Positions 29,848 through 41,157 of a stretch of 41,742 bases of DNA are shown here, one piece after another (the first letter of the stretch is position 1; the number at the start of each line of letters is the position of its first letter). This stretch comes from a virus (lineage: Duplodnaviria; Heunggongvirae; Uroviricota; Caudoviricetes). The notes beneath the pieces were generated by a model. It did not search any database and was not told the origin of the DNA. It saw only the letters and a program-made list of their open reading frames with translations. The position numbers were made by a program, and so were the translations under genes. The stretch lies in IMG/VR virus record IMGVR_UViG_2541047836_000006. One strand, given 5' to 3'.

Positions 29848-32419
29848 ACCGGTAGGCGATCTGGTCGTTGATTTAAGTCTGGATGCGGCCAGATTTGACG
29901 AGCAGATGGCCAGAGTCAGGCGTCATTTTTCCGGTACGGAAAGTGATGCGAAAAAAACAGCGGCAGTCGTTGAACAGTCGCTGAGCCGACAGGCGCTGGC
30001 TGCACAGAAAGCGGGGATTTCCGTCGGGCAGTATAAAGCTGCCATGCGTATGCTGCCTGCGCAGTTCACTGACGTGGCCACGCAGCTTGCAGGCGGGCAA
30101 AGTCCGTGGCTGATCCTGCTGCAACAGGGTGGTCAGGTGAAGGACTCCTTCGGCGGGATGATCCCCATGTTCAGGGGGCTTGCCGGTGCGATCACCCTGC
30201 CGATGGTCGGGGCCACCTCGCTGGCGGTGGCGACCGGTGCGCTGGCGTATGCCTGGTATCAGGGCAACTCAACCCTGTCCGATTTCAATAAAACGCTGGT
30301 CCTTTCCGGTAATCAGGCGGGACTGACGGCAGATCGTATGCTGGCCCTGTCCAGATCCGGGCAGGCGGCAGGGCTGACGTTTAACCAGACCAGCGAGTCA
30401 CTGACGGCGCTGGTGAATGCCGGTGTGCGTGGTGGTGAGCAGTTTGAGGCAATCAGCCAGAGTGTGGCGCGTTTCTCCTCTGCATCCGGCGTGGAGGTGG
30501 ACAAGGTCGCTGAAGCCTTCGGGAAGCTGACCACTGACCCGACGTCTGGGTTGACGGCGATGGCGCGCCAGTTCCATAACGTGACGGCGGAACAGATTGC
30601 GTATGTTGCTCAGTTGCAGCGTTCCGGCGATGGGGCCGGGGCATTGCAGGCGGCGAACGAGGCCGCAACGAAAGGGTTTGATGACCAGACCCGTAAACTG
30701 AAAGATAACATGGGTACGCTGGAGACCTGGGCAGACAAGACTGCACAGGCATTCAAATCCATGTGGGATGCGGTGCTGGATATTGGTCGCCCGGACTCCT
30801 CTGCAGATATGCTCGCCAAAGCTGAAAAGGCTTTTGATGAAGCGGATAAAAAATGGCAGTGGTATCAGAGCCGAAGCCACCGGCGCGGTAAAACGTCAGC
30901 ATTTCTTGCCAATCTCCGGGGGGCATGGGAGAAGAGAGAGAATGCGCGACTTGGGCTTTCAGCCGCCACGTTGCAGGCAGATCTTGAAAAGGCCAGTGAG
31001 ATGGCAGCAAAAGATCGGGCCGAGTCTGAGGCATCACGGCTGAAATATACCGAAGAGGCGCAGAAGGCTTACGAACGCCTGCAGACACCGCTGGAGAAAT
31101 ATACCGCCCGCCAGGAGGAACTGAATAAGGCACTGAAAGACGGAAAAATCCTGCAGGCAGATTACAACACGCTGATGGCGGCGGCGAAAAAGGACTATGA
31201 AGCGACGCTGAAAAAGCCGAAGCAGTCCGGCGTGAAAGTGTCTGCGGGCGATCGTCAGGAAGACAGTGCTCATGCTGCCCTGCTGACGCTTCAGGCAGAA
31301 CTCCGGACACTGGAGAAGCATGCCGGAGCGAATGAGAAAATCAGCCAGCAGCGCCGGGATTTGTGGAAGGCGGAAAGTCAGTTCGCGGTACTGGAGGAGG
31401 CGGCGCAACGTCGCCAGCTGTCCGCACAGGAGAAATCCCTGCTGGCGCATAAAGATGAGACGCTGGAGTACAAACGCCAGCTGGCTGCACTTGGCGATAA
31501 GGTCACGTATCAGGAGCACCTGAACGCGCTGGCGCAGCAGGCGGATAAATTCGCACAGCAGCAACGGGCAAAACGGGCAGCCATTGAGGCGAAAAACCGG
31601 GGGCTGACTGACCGGCAGGCAGCGCGGGACGCCACGGAACAGCGCCTGAAGGAACAGTATGGCGATAATCCGCTGGCGCTGAATAGCGTCATGTCAGAGC
31701 AGAAAAAGACCTGGGCGGCTGAAGACCAGCTTCGCGGGAGCTGGATGGCAGGCCTCAGGTCAGGCTGGAGTGAGTGGGAAGAGAGCGCCACGGACAGTAT
31801 GTCGCAGGTTAAAAGTGCAGCCACGCAGACCTTTGATGGTATTGCACAGAATATGGCGGCGATGCTGACCGGCAGTGAACAGAACTGGCGCAGCTTCACC
31901 CGTTCCGTGCTGTCCATGATGACAGAAATTCTGCTTAAGCAGGCAATGGTGGGGATTGTCGGGAGTATCGGCAGCGCCATTGGAGGTGCTACCGGTGGCG
32001 GCTCATCAGCGTCAGGTGGTGCAGCCATTCAGGCCGCTGCGGCGAAACTCCATTTTGCGACCGGAGGATTTACGGGAACCGGCGGCAAATATGAGCCAGC
32101 AGGGATTGTTCACCGTGGTGAATTTGTCTTCACGAAGGAGGCAACCAGCCGGATTGGCGTGGGGAATCTTTACCGGCTGATGCGCGGCTATGCCACCGGC
32201 GGTTATGTCGGTACACCGGGCAGCATGGCGGACAGTCGGTCGCAGGCGTCCGGGAAGTTTGAGCAGAATAACCATGTGGTGATTAACAACGACGGCACGA
32301 ACGGTCAGATAGGGCCACAGGCGCTGAAGGCGGTTTATGACGTAGCCCGTAAGGCGGCAATGGATGTTGTGACCGGGCAGATGCGTGATGGTGGTCTGTT
32401 CTCCGGAGGTGGACGATGA
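29840..32419 (+). CDS. H: Tail tape-measure protein H
   Basis: 859-aa protein MAEPVGDLVVDLSLDAARFDEQMARVRRHFSGTESDAKKTAAVVEQ… matches lambda gpH. Confidence 0.95.
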   Translation: MAEPVGDLVVDLSLDAARFDEQMARVRRHFSGTESDAKKTAAVVEQSLSRQALAAQKAGISVGQYKAAMRMLPAQFTDVATQLAGGQSPWLILLQQGGQVKDSFGGMIPMFRGLAGAITLPMVGATSLAVATGALAYAWYQGNSTLSDFNKTLVLSGNQAGLTADRMLALSRSGQAAGLTFNQTSESLTALVNAGVRGGEQFEAISQSVARFSSASGVEVDKVAEAFGKLTTDPTSGLTAMARQFHNVTAEQIAYVAQLQRSGDGAGALQAANEAATKGFDDQTRKLKDNMGTLETWADKTAQAFKSMWDAVLDIGRPDSSADMLAKAEKAFDEADKKWQWYQSRSHRRGKTSAFLANLRGAWEKRENARLGLSAATLQADLEKASEMAAKDRAESEASRLKYTEEAQKAYERLQTPLEKYTARQEELNKALKDGKILQADYNTLMAAAKKDYEATLKKPKQSGVKVSAGDRQEDSAHAALLTLQAELRTLEKHAGANEKISQQRRDLWKAESQFAVLEEAAQRRQLSAQEKSLLAHKDETLEYKRQLAALGDKVTYQEHLNALAQQADKFAQQQRAKRAAIEAKNRGLTDRQAARDATEQRLKEQYGDNPLALNSVMSEQKKTWAAEDQLRGSWMAGLRSGWSEWEESATDSMSQVKSAATQTFDGIAQNMAAMLTGSEQNWRSFTRSVLSMMTEILLKQAMVGIVGSIGSAIGGATGGGSSASGGAAIQAAAAKLHFATGGFTGTGGKYEPAGIVHRGEFVFTKEATSRIGVGNLYRLMRGYATGGYVGTPGSMADSRSQASGKFEQNNHVVINNDGTNGQIGPQALKAVYDVARKAAMDVVTGQMRDGGLFSGGGR

Positions 32420-32745
32420 AAACCTTCCGCTGGAAAGTGAAACCGGGTATGGATGTGGCTTCGACTCCTTCCGTCAGGGAGGTGCGCTTTGGTGATGGCT
32501 ATTCCCAGCGAGCGCCTGCCGGGCTGAATGCCAACCTGAAAACGTACAGCGTGACGATTTCTGTCCCCCGTTGGGAGGCCACGGCGCTGGAATCGTTTCT
32601 GGCAGAGCACGGAGGCTGGAAAGCCTTTCTGTGGACGCCGCCTTATGACTGGCGGCAGATAAAGGTGACCTGCGCAAAATGGACGTCGCGGGTCAGTATG
32701 CTGCGTGTTGAGTTCAGCGCAGAGTTTAAACAGGTGGTGAACTGA
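32416..32745 (+). CDS. M: Tail tip protein M
   Basis: 109-aa protein MKTFRWKVKPGMDVASTPSVREVRFGDGYSQRAPAGLNANLKTYSVT… matches lambda gpM. Confidence 0.9.
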   Translation: MKTFRWKVKPGMDVASTPSVREVRFGDGYSQRAPAGLNANLKTYSVTISVPRWEATALESFLAEHGGWKAFLWTPPYDWRQIKVTCAKWTSRVSMLRVEFSAEFKQVVN

Positions 32746-33443
32746 TGCAGGATATCCGGCAGGAAACACTGAATGAATGCACCCGTGCGGAGCAGTCGGC
32801 CAGCGTGGTGCTCTGGGAAATCGATCTGACAGAGGTCGGTGGTGAACGTTATTTTTTCTGTAATGAGCAGAACGAAAAAGGTGAGCCTGTCACCTGGCAG
32901 GGGCGGCAGTATCTGGCGTATCCCATTCAGGGGAGTGGTTTTGAACTGAATGGCAAAGGCACCAGTACGCGCCCCACGCTGGCAGTCTCTAACCTGTACG
33001 GCATGGTCACCGGGATGGCGGAAGACCTGCAGAGTCTGGTCGGCGGAACGGTGGTCAGGCGTAAGGTTTACGCCCGTTTTCTGGATGCGGTGAACTTCGT
33101 CAACGGAAACAGCGATGCCGATCCGGAGCAGGAGGTGATCAGCCGCTGGCGCATCGAGCAGTGCAGCGAACTGAGCGCGGTAAGTGCCTCCTTTGTACTG
33201 TCCACGCCGACGGAAACGGATGGTGCTGTTTTTCCGGGGCGCATCATGCTGGCCAACACCTGTACCTGGACCTATCGCGGTGATGAGTGCGGTTATAGCG
33301 GTCCGGCGGTCGCGGATGAATATGACCAGCCGACGTCCGATATCACGAAGGATAAATGCAGCAAATGCCTGAGTGGCTGTAAGTTTCGCAATAATGTCGG
33401 CAACTTTGGCGGCTTCCTTTCCATTAACAAACTTTCGCAGTAA
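32745..33443 (+). CDS. L: Tail tip protein L
   Basis: 232-aa protein MQDIRQETLNECTRAEQSASVVLWEIDLTEVGGERYFFCNEQNEKGEPVTWQG… matches lambda gpL. Confidence 0.9.
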   Translation: MQDIRQETLNECTRAEQSASVVLWEIDLTEVGGERYFFCNEQNEKGEPVTWQGRQYLAYPIQGSGFELNGKGTSTRPTLAVSNLYGMVTGMAEDLQSLVGGTVVRRKVYARFLDAVNFVNGNSDADPEQEVISRWRIEQCSELSAVSASFVLSTPTETDGAVFPGRIMLANTCTWTYRGDECGYSGPAVADEYDQPTSDITKDKCSKCLSGCKFRNNVGNFGGFLSINKLSQ

Positions 33444-33448
33444 ATCCC

Positions 33449-34192
33449 ATGACAGAGACAGAATCAGCGATTCTGGCGCACGCCCGGCGATGTGCGCCAG
33501 CGGAGTCGTGCGGCTTCGTGGTGAGAACGCCGGAGGGGGAAAGATATTTTCCCTGCGTGAATATCTCCGGTGAGCCGGAGGATTATTTCCGGATGTCGCC
33601 GGAGGACTGGCTGCAGGCAGAGATGCAGGGTGAGATTGTGGCGCTGGTCCACAGTCATCCCGGTGGTCTGCCCTGGCTGAGTGAGGCCGACCGGCGGCTG
33701 CAGGTGCAGAGTGATTTGCCGTGGTGGCTGGTCTGCCGGGGGGCGATTCACAAGTTCCGCTGTGTGCCGCATCTCACCGGGCGGCGCTTTGAGCACGGGG
33801 TGACGGACTGTTACACGCTGTTCCGGGACGCTTACCATCTGGCGGGGATTGAGATGCCGGATTTTACGCGGGAGGATGACTGGTGGCGTCACGGTCAGAA
33901 TCTCTATCTGGATAATCTGGAGGCAACGGGGCTGTATCAGGTGCCGTTGTCAGCGGCGCAGCCGGGCGATGTGCTGCTGTGCTGCTTTGGTTCATCGGTG
34001 CCGAATCATGCCGCTATTTACTGTGGTGACGGCGAGCTGCTGCACCATATTCCTGAACAACTGAGCAAACGAGAGAGGTATACCGACAAATGGCAGCGAC
34101 GCACACACTCCCTCTGGCGTCACCGGGCATGGCACGCATCTGCCTTTACGGGGATTTGCAACGATTTGGCCGCCGCATCGATCTTCGTGTGA
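33449..34192 (+). CDS. K: Tail tip assembly protein K (JAB/MPN-like plus NlpC/P60-like regions); alternative start at 33593
   Basis: 247-aa ORF; HSHP motif (…EIVALVHSHPGGLPW…) and Cys/His peptidase-like C-terminus; the classical 199-aa lambda K corresponds to ATG at 33593 (MSPEDWLQAEMQ…). Confidence 0.85.
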   Translation: MTETESAILAHARRCAPAESCGFVVRTPEGERYFPCVNISGEPEDYFRMSPEDWLQAEMQGEIVALVHSHPGGLPWLSEADRRLQVQSDLPWWLVCRGAIHKFRCVPHLTGRRFEHGVTDCYTLFRDAYHLAGIEMPDFTREDDWWRHGQNLYLDNLEATGLYQVPLSAAQPGDVLLCCFGSSVPNHAAIYCGDGELLHHIPEQLSKRERYTDKWQRRTHSLWRHRAWHASAFTGICNDLAAASIFV

Positions 34193-34761
34193 AAACGGGG
34201 GCTGAAGCTATCCGGGCGCTGGCCACACAGCTCCCGGCGTTTCGTCAGAAACTGAGCGACGGCTGGTATCAGGTACGGATTGCCGGGCGGGACGTCAGCA
34301 CGTCCGGGTTAACGGCGCAGTTACATGAGACTCTGCCTGATGGCGCTGTGATTCATATTGTTCCCAGAGTCGCCGGGGCCAAGTCAGGTGGCGTATTCCA
34401 GGTTGTCCTGGGGGCTGCCGCCATTGCCGGATCATTCTTTACCGCCGGAGCCACCCTTGCAGCATGGGGGGCAGCCATTGGGGCCGGTGGTATGACCGGC
34501 ATCCTGTTTTCTCTCGGTGCCAGTATGGTGCTCGGTGGTGTGGCGCAGATGCTGGCACCGAAAGCCAGAACTCCCCGTACACAGACAACGGATAACGGCA
34601 AACAGAACACCTATTTCTCCTCACTGGATAACATGGTTGCCCAGGGCAATGTTCTGCCGGTTCTGTACGGTGAAATGCGCGTGGGGTCACGCGTGGTTTC
34701 TCAGGAGATCAGCACGGCAGACGAAGGGGATGGTGGTCAGGTTGTGGTGATTGGTCGCTGA
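34090..34761 (+). CDS. I: Tail assembly protein I
   Basis: 223-aa protein MAATHTLPLASPGMARICLYGDLQRFGRRIDLRVKTGAEAIRALATQLPAFRQK… matches lambda gpI; overlaps K 3' end. Confidence 0.9.
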   Translation: MAATHTLPLASPGMARICLYGDLQRFGRRIDLRVKTGAEAIRALATQLPAFRQKLSDGWYQVRIAGRDVSTSGLTAQLHETLPDGAVIHIVPRVAGAKSGGVFQVVLGAAAIAGSFFTAGATLAAWGAAIGAGGMTGILFSLGASMVLGGVAQMLAPKARTPRTQTTDNGKQNTYFSSLDNMVAQGNVLPVLYGEMRVGSRVVSQEISTADEGDGGQVVVIGR

Positions 34762-34821
34762 TGCAAAATGTTTTATGTGAAACCGCCTCCGGGCGGTTTT
34801 GTCGTTTATGGAGCATGACGA

Positions 34822-37800
34822 ATGGGTAAAGGCAGCAGTAAGGGGCATACCCCGCGCGAAGCGAAGGACAACCTGAAGTCCACGCAGCTGCTGAGTGTGA
34901 TCGATGCCATCAGCGAAGGGCCGGTTGAAGGTCCGGTGGATGGATTAAAAAGCGTGCTGCTGAACAGTACGCCGGTGCTGGACAGTGAGGGGAATACCAA
35001 TATCTTCGGTGTCACGGTGGTGTTCCGGGCAGGTGAGCAGGAGCAGACTCCGCCGGAGGGGTTTGAATCCTCCGGCTCCGAGACGGTGCTGGGTACGGAA
35101 GTGAAATATGACATGCCGATCACCCGCACCATCACGTCGGCAAACATCGACCGTCTGCGCTTTACTTTCGGCGTGCAGGCACTGGTGGAAACTACCTCAA
35201 AGGGGGACAGGAATCCGTCGGAAGTCCGTCTGCTGGTTCAGATACAGCGTAATGGTGGCTGGGTGACGGAAAAAGACATCACCATTAAAGGCAAAACCAC
35301 CTCGCAGTATCTGGCCTCGGTGGTGGTGGATAACCTGCCGCCGCGCCCGTTTAATATCCGGATGCGCAGGATGACGCCGGACAGCACCACAGACCAGCTG
35401 CAGAACAAAACGCTCTGGTCGTCATACACCGAAATCATCGATGTGAAACAGGGCTACCCGAACACGGCACTGGTCGGCGTGCAGGTGGACTCGGAACAGT
35501 TCGGCAGTCAGCAGGTGAGCCGTAATTATCATCTTCGCGGGCGCATTCTGCAGGTGCCGTCGAACTATAACCCGCAGACGCGGCAATACAGCGGTATCTG
35601 GGACGGAACGTTAAAACCGGCATACAGCAACAACATGGCCTGGTGTCTGTGGGATATGCTGACCCATCCGCGCTACGGCATGGGAAAACGTCTTGGTGCG
35701 GCGGATGTGGATAAATGGGCGCTGTATGTCATCGGCCAGTACTGCGACCAGTCGGTGCCGGACGGCTTTGGCGGCACGGAGCCGCGCATTACCTGTAATG
35801 CGTACCTGACCACACAGCGCAAGGCGTGGGATGTGCTCAGTGATTTCTGCTCGGCGATGCGCTGTATGCCGGTATGGAACGGGCAGACGCTGACGTTCGT
35901 GCAGGACCGACCATCAGATAAGGTGTGGACCTATAACCGCAGTAATGTGGTGATGCCGGATGATGGCGCGCCGTTCCGCTACAGCTTCAGCGCCCTGAAG
36001 GACCGCCATAATGCCGTTGAGGTGAACTGGATTGACCCGGATAACGGCTGGGAGACGGCGACAGAGCTCGTGGAGGATACGCAGGCCATTGCCCGTTACG
36101 GTCGTAATGTCACGAAGATGGATGCCTTTGGCTGTACCAGTCGGGGGCAGGCACACCGCGCCGGGCTGTGGCTGATTAAAACGGAACTGCTGGAAACGCA
36201 GACCGTGGATTTCAGCGTCGGCGCAGAAGGGCTTCGCCATGTACCGGGCGATGTTATTGAAATCTGTGATGATGACTATGCCGGTATCAGCACCGGTGGT
36301 CGTGTGCTGGCGGTGAACAGCCAGACCCGGACGCTGACGCTCGACCGTGAAATCACGCTGCCATCCTCCGGTACCACGCTGATAAGCCTGGTTGACGGAA
36401 GTGGCAATCCGGTCAGCGTGGAGGTTCAGTCCGTCACCGACGGCGTGAAGGTAAAAGTGAGCCGTGTTCCTGACGGTGTTGCTGAATACAGCGTATGGGG
36501 GCTGAAGCTGCCGACGCTGCGCCAGCGCCTGTTCCGCTGTGTGAGTATCCGGGAGAACGATGACGGTACGTATGCCATCACCGCCGTGCAGCATGTACCG
36601 GAAAAAGAAGCCATCGTGGATAACGGGGCGCACTTTGACGGCGACCAGAGCGGCACGGTGAATGGTGTCACGCCGCCAGCGGTGCAGCACCTGACCGCCG
36701 AAGTCACCACAGACAGCGGGGAATATCAGGTGCTGGCGCGATGGGACACGCCGAAGGTGGTGAAGGGCGTGAGCTTCCTGCTTCGCCTTACCGTGGCAGC
36801 GGACGACGGCAGTGAGCGGCTGGTCAGCATGGCCCGGACGACGGAAACCACATACCGCTTCAGGCAACTGGCGCTGGGGAACTACAGGCTGACAGTCCGG
36901 GCGGTAAATGCGTGGGGGCAGCAGGGCGATCCGGCATCGGTATCGTTCCGGATTGCCGCACCGGCAGCGCCGTCGCAGATTGAGCTGACACCGGGGTATT
37001 TTCAGATAACCGCCACGCCCCATCTTGCCGTTTATGATCCGACGGTACAGTTTGAGTTCTGGTTCTCGGAAAAGCGGATTGCGGATATCAGGCAGGTTGA
37101 AACCACAGCCCGCTATCTTGGCACGGCGCTGTACTGGATAGCTGCCAGTATCAATATCAAACCGGGCCATGATTATTATTTTTACATCCGCAGTGTGAAC
37201 ACCGTTGGCAAATCGGCATTTGTGGAGGCTGTTGGCCAGCCGAGTGATGATGCATCCGGCTATCTGGATTTTTTCAAAGGCGAGATAGGGAAAAGCCATC
37301 TGGCTCAGGAGCTGTGGACGCAGATTGATAACGGTCAGCTTGCGCCTGACCTGGCTGAAATCAGGACGTCCATTACGGATGTCAGCAATGAAATCACGCA
37401 GACCGTCAATAAGAAACTGGAAGACCAGAGTGCGGCAATTCAGCAGATACAGAAGGTTCAGGTTGATACAAATAATAACCTGAACAGCATGTGGGCTGTG
37501 AAGCTGCAGCAGATGCAGGACGGACGCCTTTATATCGCGGGTATTGGTGCCGGTATTGAGAACACCCCTGACGGCATGCAGAGTCAGGTGCTGCTGGCGG
37601 CGGACAGGATTGCGATGATTAATCCTGCGAATGGCAATACAAAGCCGATGTTTGTTGGGCAGGGCGATCAGATATTCATGAACGAAGTGTTCCTGAAATA
37701 TCTGACGGCTCCCACCATTACCAGCGGTGGCAATCCCCCAACGTTTTCACTGACACCTGATGGTCGACTTTCTGCGAGAAATGCGGATATCAGCGGTAAC

Positions 37801-38304
37801 GTGAATGCGAACTCCGGGACGCTCAATAATGTCACGATTAACCAGAACTGTCGGATTCTGGGAAAACTGTCAGCTAACCAGATTGAAGGTGATATTGTCA
37901 AAACGGTGGGAAAAGCCTTTCCGAGAAATGGCAGTTATGCCAGCGGTACAATAACGGTCACTGTGTACGATGACCAGGCTTTTGACCGTCAGATAGTCGT
38001 CCCCCCCGTTCTGTTTCGCGGTGGTAAGCATGAAAACTTCAACAGCAACAACCAACAGTCATACTGGTATTCAACCTGTAAGCTGCAGGTGCTGAAGAAC
38101 GGACAGGAAATCTTTCAGCAACCCGCGACGGATGTCAGCAGGGTATTTTCATCAGTCATTGATATGCCTGCCGGACACGGCCATGTCACCCTGACTTTCA
38201 ATGTTTCTTCATATGGTGCAAATAACTGGACGCCAACGACCAGTATCAGCGACCTTCTTGTTGTCGTGATGAAGAAATCAACAGCCGGCATCAGTATCAG
38301 TTGA
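34822..38304 (+). CDS. J: Central tail fibre / host specificity protein J (lambda-like, divergent C-terminal receptor-binding region)
   Basis: 1160-aa protein; N-terminal ~850 aa match lambda J ([34 protein letters not shown]…); the C-terminal ~300 aa diverge from remembered lambda J. Confidence 0.95.
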   Translation: MGKGSSKGHTPREAKDNLKSTQLLSVIDAISEGPVEGPVDGLKSVLLNSTPVLDSEGNTNIFGVTVVFRAGEQEQTPPEGFESSGSETVLGTEVKYDMPITRTITSANIDRLRFTFGVQALVETTSKGDRNPSEVRLLVQIQRNGGWVTEKDITIKGKTTSQYLASVVVDNLPPRPFNIRMRRMTPDSTTDQLQNKTLWSSYTEIIDVKQGYPNTALVGVQVDSEQFGSQQVSRNYHLRGRILQVPSNYNPQTRQYSGIWDGTLKPAYSNNMAWCLWDMLTHPRYGMGKRLGAADVDKWALYVIGQYCDQSVPDGFGGTEPRITCNAYLTTQRKAWDVLSDFCSAMRCMPVWNGQTLTFVQDRPSDKVWTYNRSNVVMPDDGAPFRYSFSALKDRHNAVEVNWIDPDNGWETATELVEDTQAIARYGRNVTKMDAFGCTSRGQAHRAGLWLIKTELLETQTVDFSVGAEGLRHVPGDVIEICDDDYAGISTGGRVLAVNSQTRTLTLDREITLPSSGTTLISLVDGSGNPVSVEVQSVTDGVKVKVSRVPDGVAEYSVWGLKLPTLRQRLFRCVSIRENDDGTYAITAVQHVPEKEAIVDNGAHFDGDQSGTVNGVTPPAVQHLTAEVTTDSGEYQVLARWDTPKVVKGVSFLLRLTVAADDGSERLVSMARTTETTYRFRQLALGNYRLTVRAVNAWGQQGDPASVSFRIAAPAAPSQIELTPGYFQITATPHLAVYDPTVQFEFWFSEKRIADIRQVETTARYLGTALYWIAASINIKPGHDYYFYIRSVNTVGKSAFVEAVGQPSDDASGYLDFFKGEIGKSHLAQELWTQIDNGQLAPDLAEIRTSITDVSNEITQTVNKKLEDQSAAIQQIQKVQVDTNNNLNSMWAVKLQQMQDGRLYIAGIGAGIENTPDGMQSQVLLAADRIAMINPANGNTKPMFVGQGDQIFMNEVFLKYLTAPTITSGGNPPTFSLTPDGRLSARNADISGNVNANSGTLNNVTINQNCRILGKLSANQIEGDIVKTVGKAFPRNGSYASGTITVTVYDDQAFDRQIVVPPVLFRGGKHENFNSNNQQSYWYSTCKLQVLKNGQEIFQQPATDVSRVFSSVIDMPAGHGHVTLTFNVSSYGANNWTPTTSISDLLVVVMKKSTAGISIS

Positions 38305-38321
38305 ATTTTAAAACCCAAATT

Positions 38322-38348
38322 CGGGCACCAGAAATGGTGCCTTTTTTA
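38322..38348 (+). terminator. Rho-independent terminator after J
   Basis: Hairpin GGCACCA-gaaa-TGGTGCC followed by TTTTTT, 18 nt after the J stop. Confidence 0.6.
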
Positions 38349-39376
38349 TTTGTGGAGTGAATATGGCAGTACAGATTTCAGGTGTGCTGAAAGACGGTGC
38401 AGGAAAACCGATACAGAACTGCACCATTCAGCTCAAAGCAAAACGTAACAGCACCACAGTTGTGGTGAACACGGTGGCCTCAGAAAATCCGGATGAAGCC
38501 GGACGTTACAGCATGGATGTTGAGTATGGCCAGTACAGCGTCGCCCTGCTGGTTGAAGGTTTTCCGCCTTCACATGCCGGGACCATCACCGTGTATGAGG
38601 ATTCTAAGCCGGGGACATTGAATGATTTTCTGGGCGCTGCAACAGAAGATGATGTTTGTCCGGAGGCACTGTATCGTTTTGAAAAGATGGTGGAAGAGGC
38701 GGCACGCAACGCTGAAGCCGCCTCTCAGAGCGCAGCGGCAGCAAAGAAATCAGAAACAGCAGCGGCATCGTCCAGGAACGCGGCGAAAACATCAGAGACG
38801 AATGCAGGTAACAGCGCGAAAGCGGCAGCTTCTTCAAAAACAGCCGCACAAAACGCAGCAACAGCGGCAGAACGTTCAGAGACAAATGCCCGTGCGTCAG
38901 AAGAAGCCTCCGCAGACAGTGAAGAGGCTTCCCGCCGTAATGCAGAGTCAGCCGCTGAAAATGCCGGAGTCGCCACCACAAAAGCGCGGGAGGCCGCAGC
39001 AGACGCAACAAAGGCCGGGCAGAAAAAGGATGAGGCTCTGTCGGCAGCGACACGAGCTGAAAAGGCGGCAGACCGCGCAGAAGCCGCAGCGGAAGTGACT
39101 GCAGAGCCCTGTGCGAATATAGTGCCGCCGCTGCCTGATGTGTGGATACCGTTTAACGATTCACTGGATATGATTACGGGTTTTTCGCCATCTTATAAAA
39201 AGATAGTTATTGGTGACGATGAAATAACAATGCCAGGCGACAAGATTGTTAAGTTTAAACGTGCTTCAACAGCAACGTATATTAATAAGTCCGGCCAACT
39301 CAAGCTTGCTGAAGTTGACGAACCGCGATTTGAGCGCGATGGCTTATTGATTGAAGGACAGGGTAATGACTCCAAC

Positions 39377-39880
39377 TTATTGATAGTGTTTTATGTTCAG
39401 ATAATGCCCGATGACTTTGTCATGCAGCTCCACCGATTTTGAGAACGACAGCGACTTCCGTCCCAGCCGTGCCAGGTGCTGCCTCAGATTCAGGTTATGC
39501 CGCTCAATTCGCTGCGTATATCGCTTGCTGATTACGTGCAGCTTTCCCTTCAGGCGGGATTCATACAGCGGCCAGCCATCCGTCATCCATATCACCACGT
39601 CAAAGGGTGACAGCAGGCTCATAAGACGCCCCAGCGTCGCCATAGTGCGTTCACCGAATACGTGCGCAACAACCGTCTTCCGGAGCCTGTCATACGCGTA
39701 AAACAGCCAGCGCTGGCGCGATTTAGCCCCGACGTATCCCCACTGTTCGTCCATTTCCGCGCAGACGATGACGTCACTGCCCGGCTGTATGCGCGAGGTT
39801 ACCGACTGCGGCCTGAGTTTTTTAAATGGCGGAAAATCGTGTTGAGGCCAACGCCCATAATGCGGGCGGTTGCCCGGCAT
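39377..39880 (-). CDS. insB: IS1 InsB (transposase catalytic part, expressed as InsAB' by -1 frameshift)
   Basis: 167-aa ORF …[59 protein letters not shown]… matching IS1 InsB; overlaps the insA 3' end. Confidence 0.85.
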   Translation of the reverse strand: MPGNRPHYGRWPQHDFPPFKKLRPQSVTSRIQPGSDVIVCAEMDEQWGYVGAKSRQRWLFYAYDRLRKTVVAHVFGERTMATLGRLMSLLSPFDVVIWMTDGWPLYESRLKGKLHVISKRYTQRIERHNLNLRQHLARLGRKSLSFSKSVELHDKVIGHYLNIKHYQ

Positions 39881-40074
39881 CCAACGCCATTCATGGCCAT
39901 ATCAATGATTTTCTGGTGCGTACCGGGTTGAGAAGCGGTGTAAGTGAACTGCAGTTGCCATGTTTTACGGCAGTGAGAGCAGAGATAGCGCTGATGTCCG
40001 GCGGTGCTTTTGCCGTTACGCACCACCCCGTCAGTAGCTGAACAGGAGGGACAGCTGATAGAAACAGAAGCCAC
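39799..40074 (-). CDS. insA: IS1 InsA (transposition repressor / N-terminal part of InsAB' transposase)
   Basis: 91-aa protein [91 protein letters not shown], the canonical IS1 InsA. Confidence 0.9.
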   Translation of the reverse strand: MASVSISCPSCSATDGVVRNGKSTAGHQRYLCSHCRKTWQLQFTYTASQPGTHQKIIDMAMNGVGCRATARIMGVGLNTIFRHLKNSGRSR

Positions 40075-41157
40075 TGGAGCACCTCAAAAACACCATCATA
40101 CACTAAATCAGTAAGTTGGCAGCATCACCGAAGGACAGAGGACAAATTATCTGAGGAACTCAAATAAACCAGACTCATGGACTGTTCATTCCGCACTGAA
40201 TAAAACATTTGGCACTGATAAACAGGGGTTCAATTATGCCACGGTGACACCCACGGAAAGTATAGTGGGAACAACAGGTGGCTATACTGTGCATGGTGTG
40301 GTTGCAGCAGACAGATTCCCGCTGGCAAGTGGTGAATGTTTCACTTTTTCGTGCCGGGTTAAAGGCGCTAAAGCACGATGCAGGTTAAGAGTTTCAGTTA
40401 TTATTGGTGGAACAGATACCTTCTCTGCTGACTCTTATCTTGATCTGGATACCCGGATCGCAACAGTAAGCGGTAATACATCCCTTATAACAGCCAAAGC
40501 TGAACAACAGGGCGAGTGGACCTACTATGAGGCCACTTATACAGCTAATACGGACATTGATACCGTTAACTGTGCTTTTTATATGACAAATAAAATAAGT
40601 AATGAGCCATTCTATGATGACTCAACATTAACCATGACGACGCCGCAAATTGAACTGGGCAATACGGCATCGTCATTTATTGTAACTACAATGCCAACAA
40701 CACGCGCAAGTGATGTAGTTACTATCCCATCGCAGAATAACCTGTCAACACGGCCTTTTACGGTATTGTGCGAAGTAAGCAGGAACTGGAGTACACCGCC
40801 CAATGTTGCGCCAAGGATATTTGATGTTGGAGGGCACAGTATTGATGATAATTATTTATCGCTGGGGTTTGTTGCAACAGGAAAGATAAGCGCCAACGTA
40901 GGAATGGTTCAGCCACAAATTGCCTCAGATGGAGAAAGGTTCATTGTGGGTGTGAGAGCTAAATCTGATTTATCAGTAAATGCAATATGCAATGGTAATT
41001 ATACAACAAACCTTAATGGTAAAATATTTGGAGTTACAGCAACATCGTACCGGTTTGGTGGGCAGACCGCAGCAGGAACGCGTCATTTGTTTGGACACAT
41101 CAGAAATTTCAGAGTCTGGTTTAAAGAATTAAATGACAGGCAAATCAAGGAGGCAGT

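Larger units (their letters stand above)
39362..40129 (-). mobile_element. IS1: IS1 insertion sequence (768 bp) flanked by 9-bp target-site duplication GAAGGACAG
   Basis: Ends GGTAATGACTCCAACTTATTGATAGTG… and …CAGTAAGTTGGCAGCATCACC match IS1 inverted repeats; direct repeats at 39353-39361 and 40130-40138; contains insA and insB. Confidence 0.95.

Noticed and set aside
30398-32028. Cluster of 60-190-aa ORFs on the minus strand inside tape-measure gene H
   Set aside because: Antisense or alternate frames of a long GC-rich, repeat-containing gene; no independent evidence.
35914-37299. 461-aa minus-strand ORF inside J
   Set aside because: Lies entirely antisense within the well-supported J gene in GC-rich DNA; no SD; Arg/Pro/Ala-rich low-complexity translation typical of spurious antisense ORFs.
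38604-39098. Overlapping 149-aa (minus) and 158-aa (plus) ORFs within the stf N-terminal repeat region
   Set aside because: Alternate-frame readings of the Ala/Ser/Glu-rich repeats of the side tail fibre; translations are Arg/Pro/Gln low-complexity.
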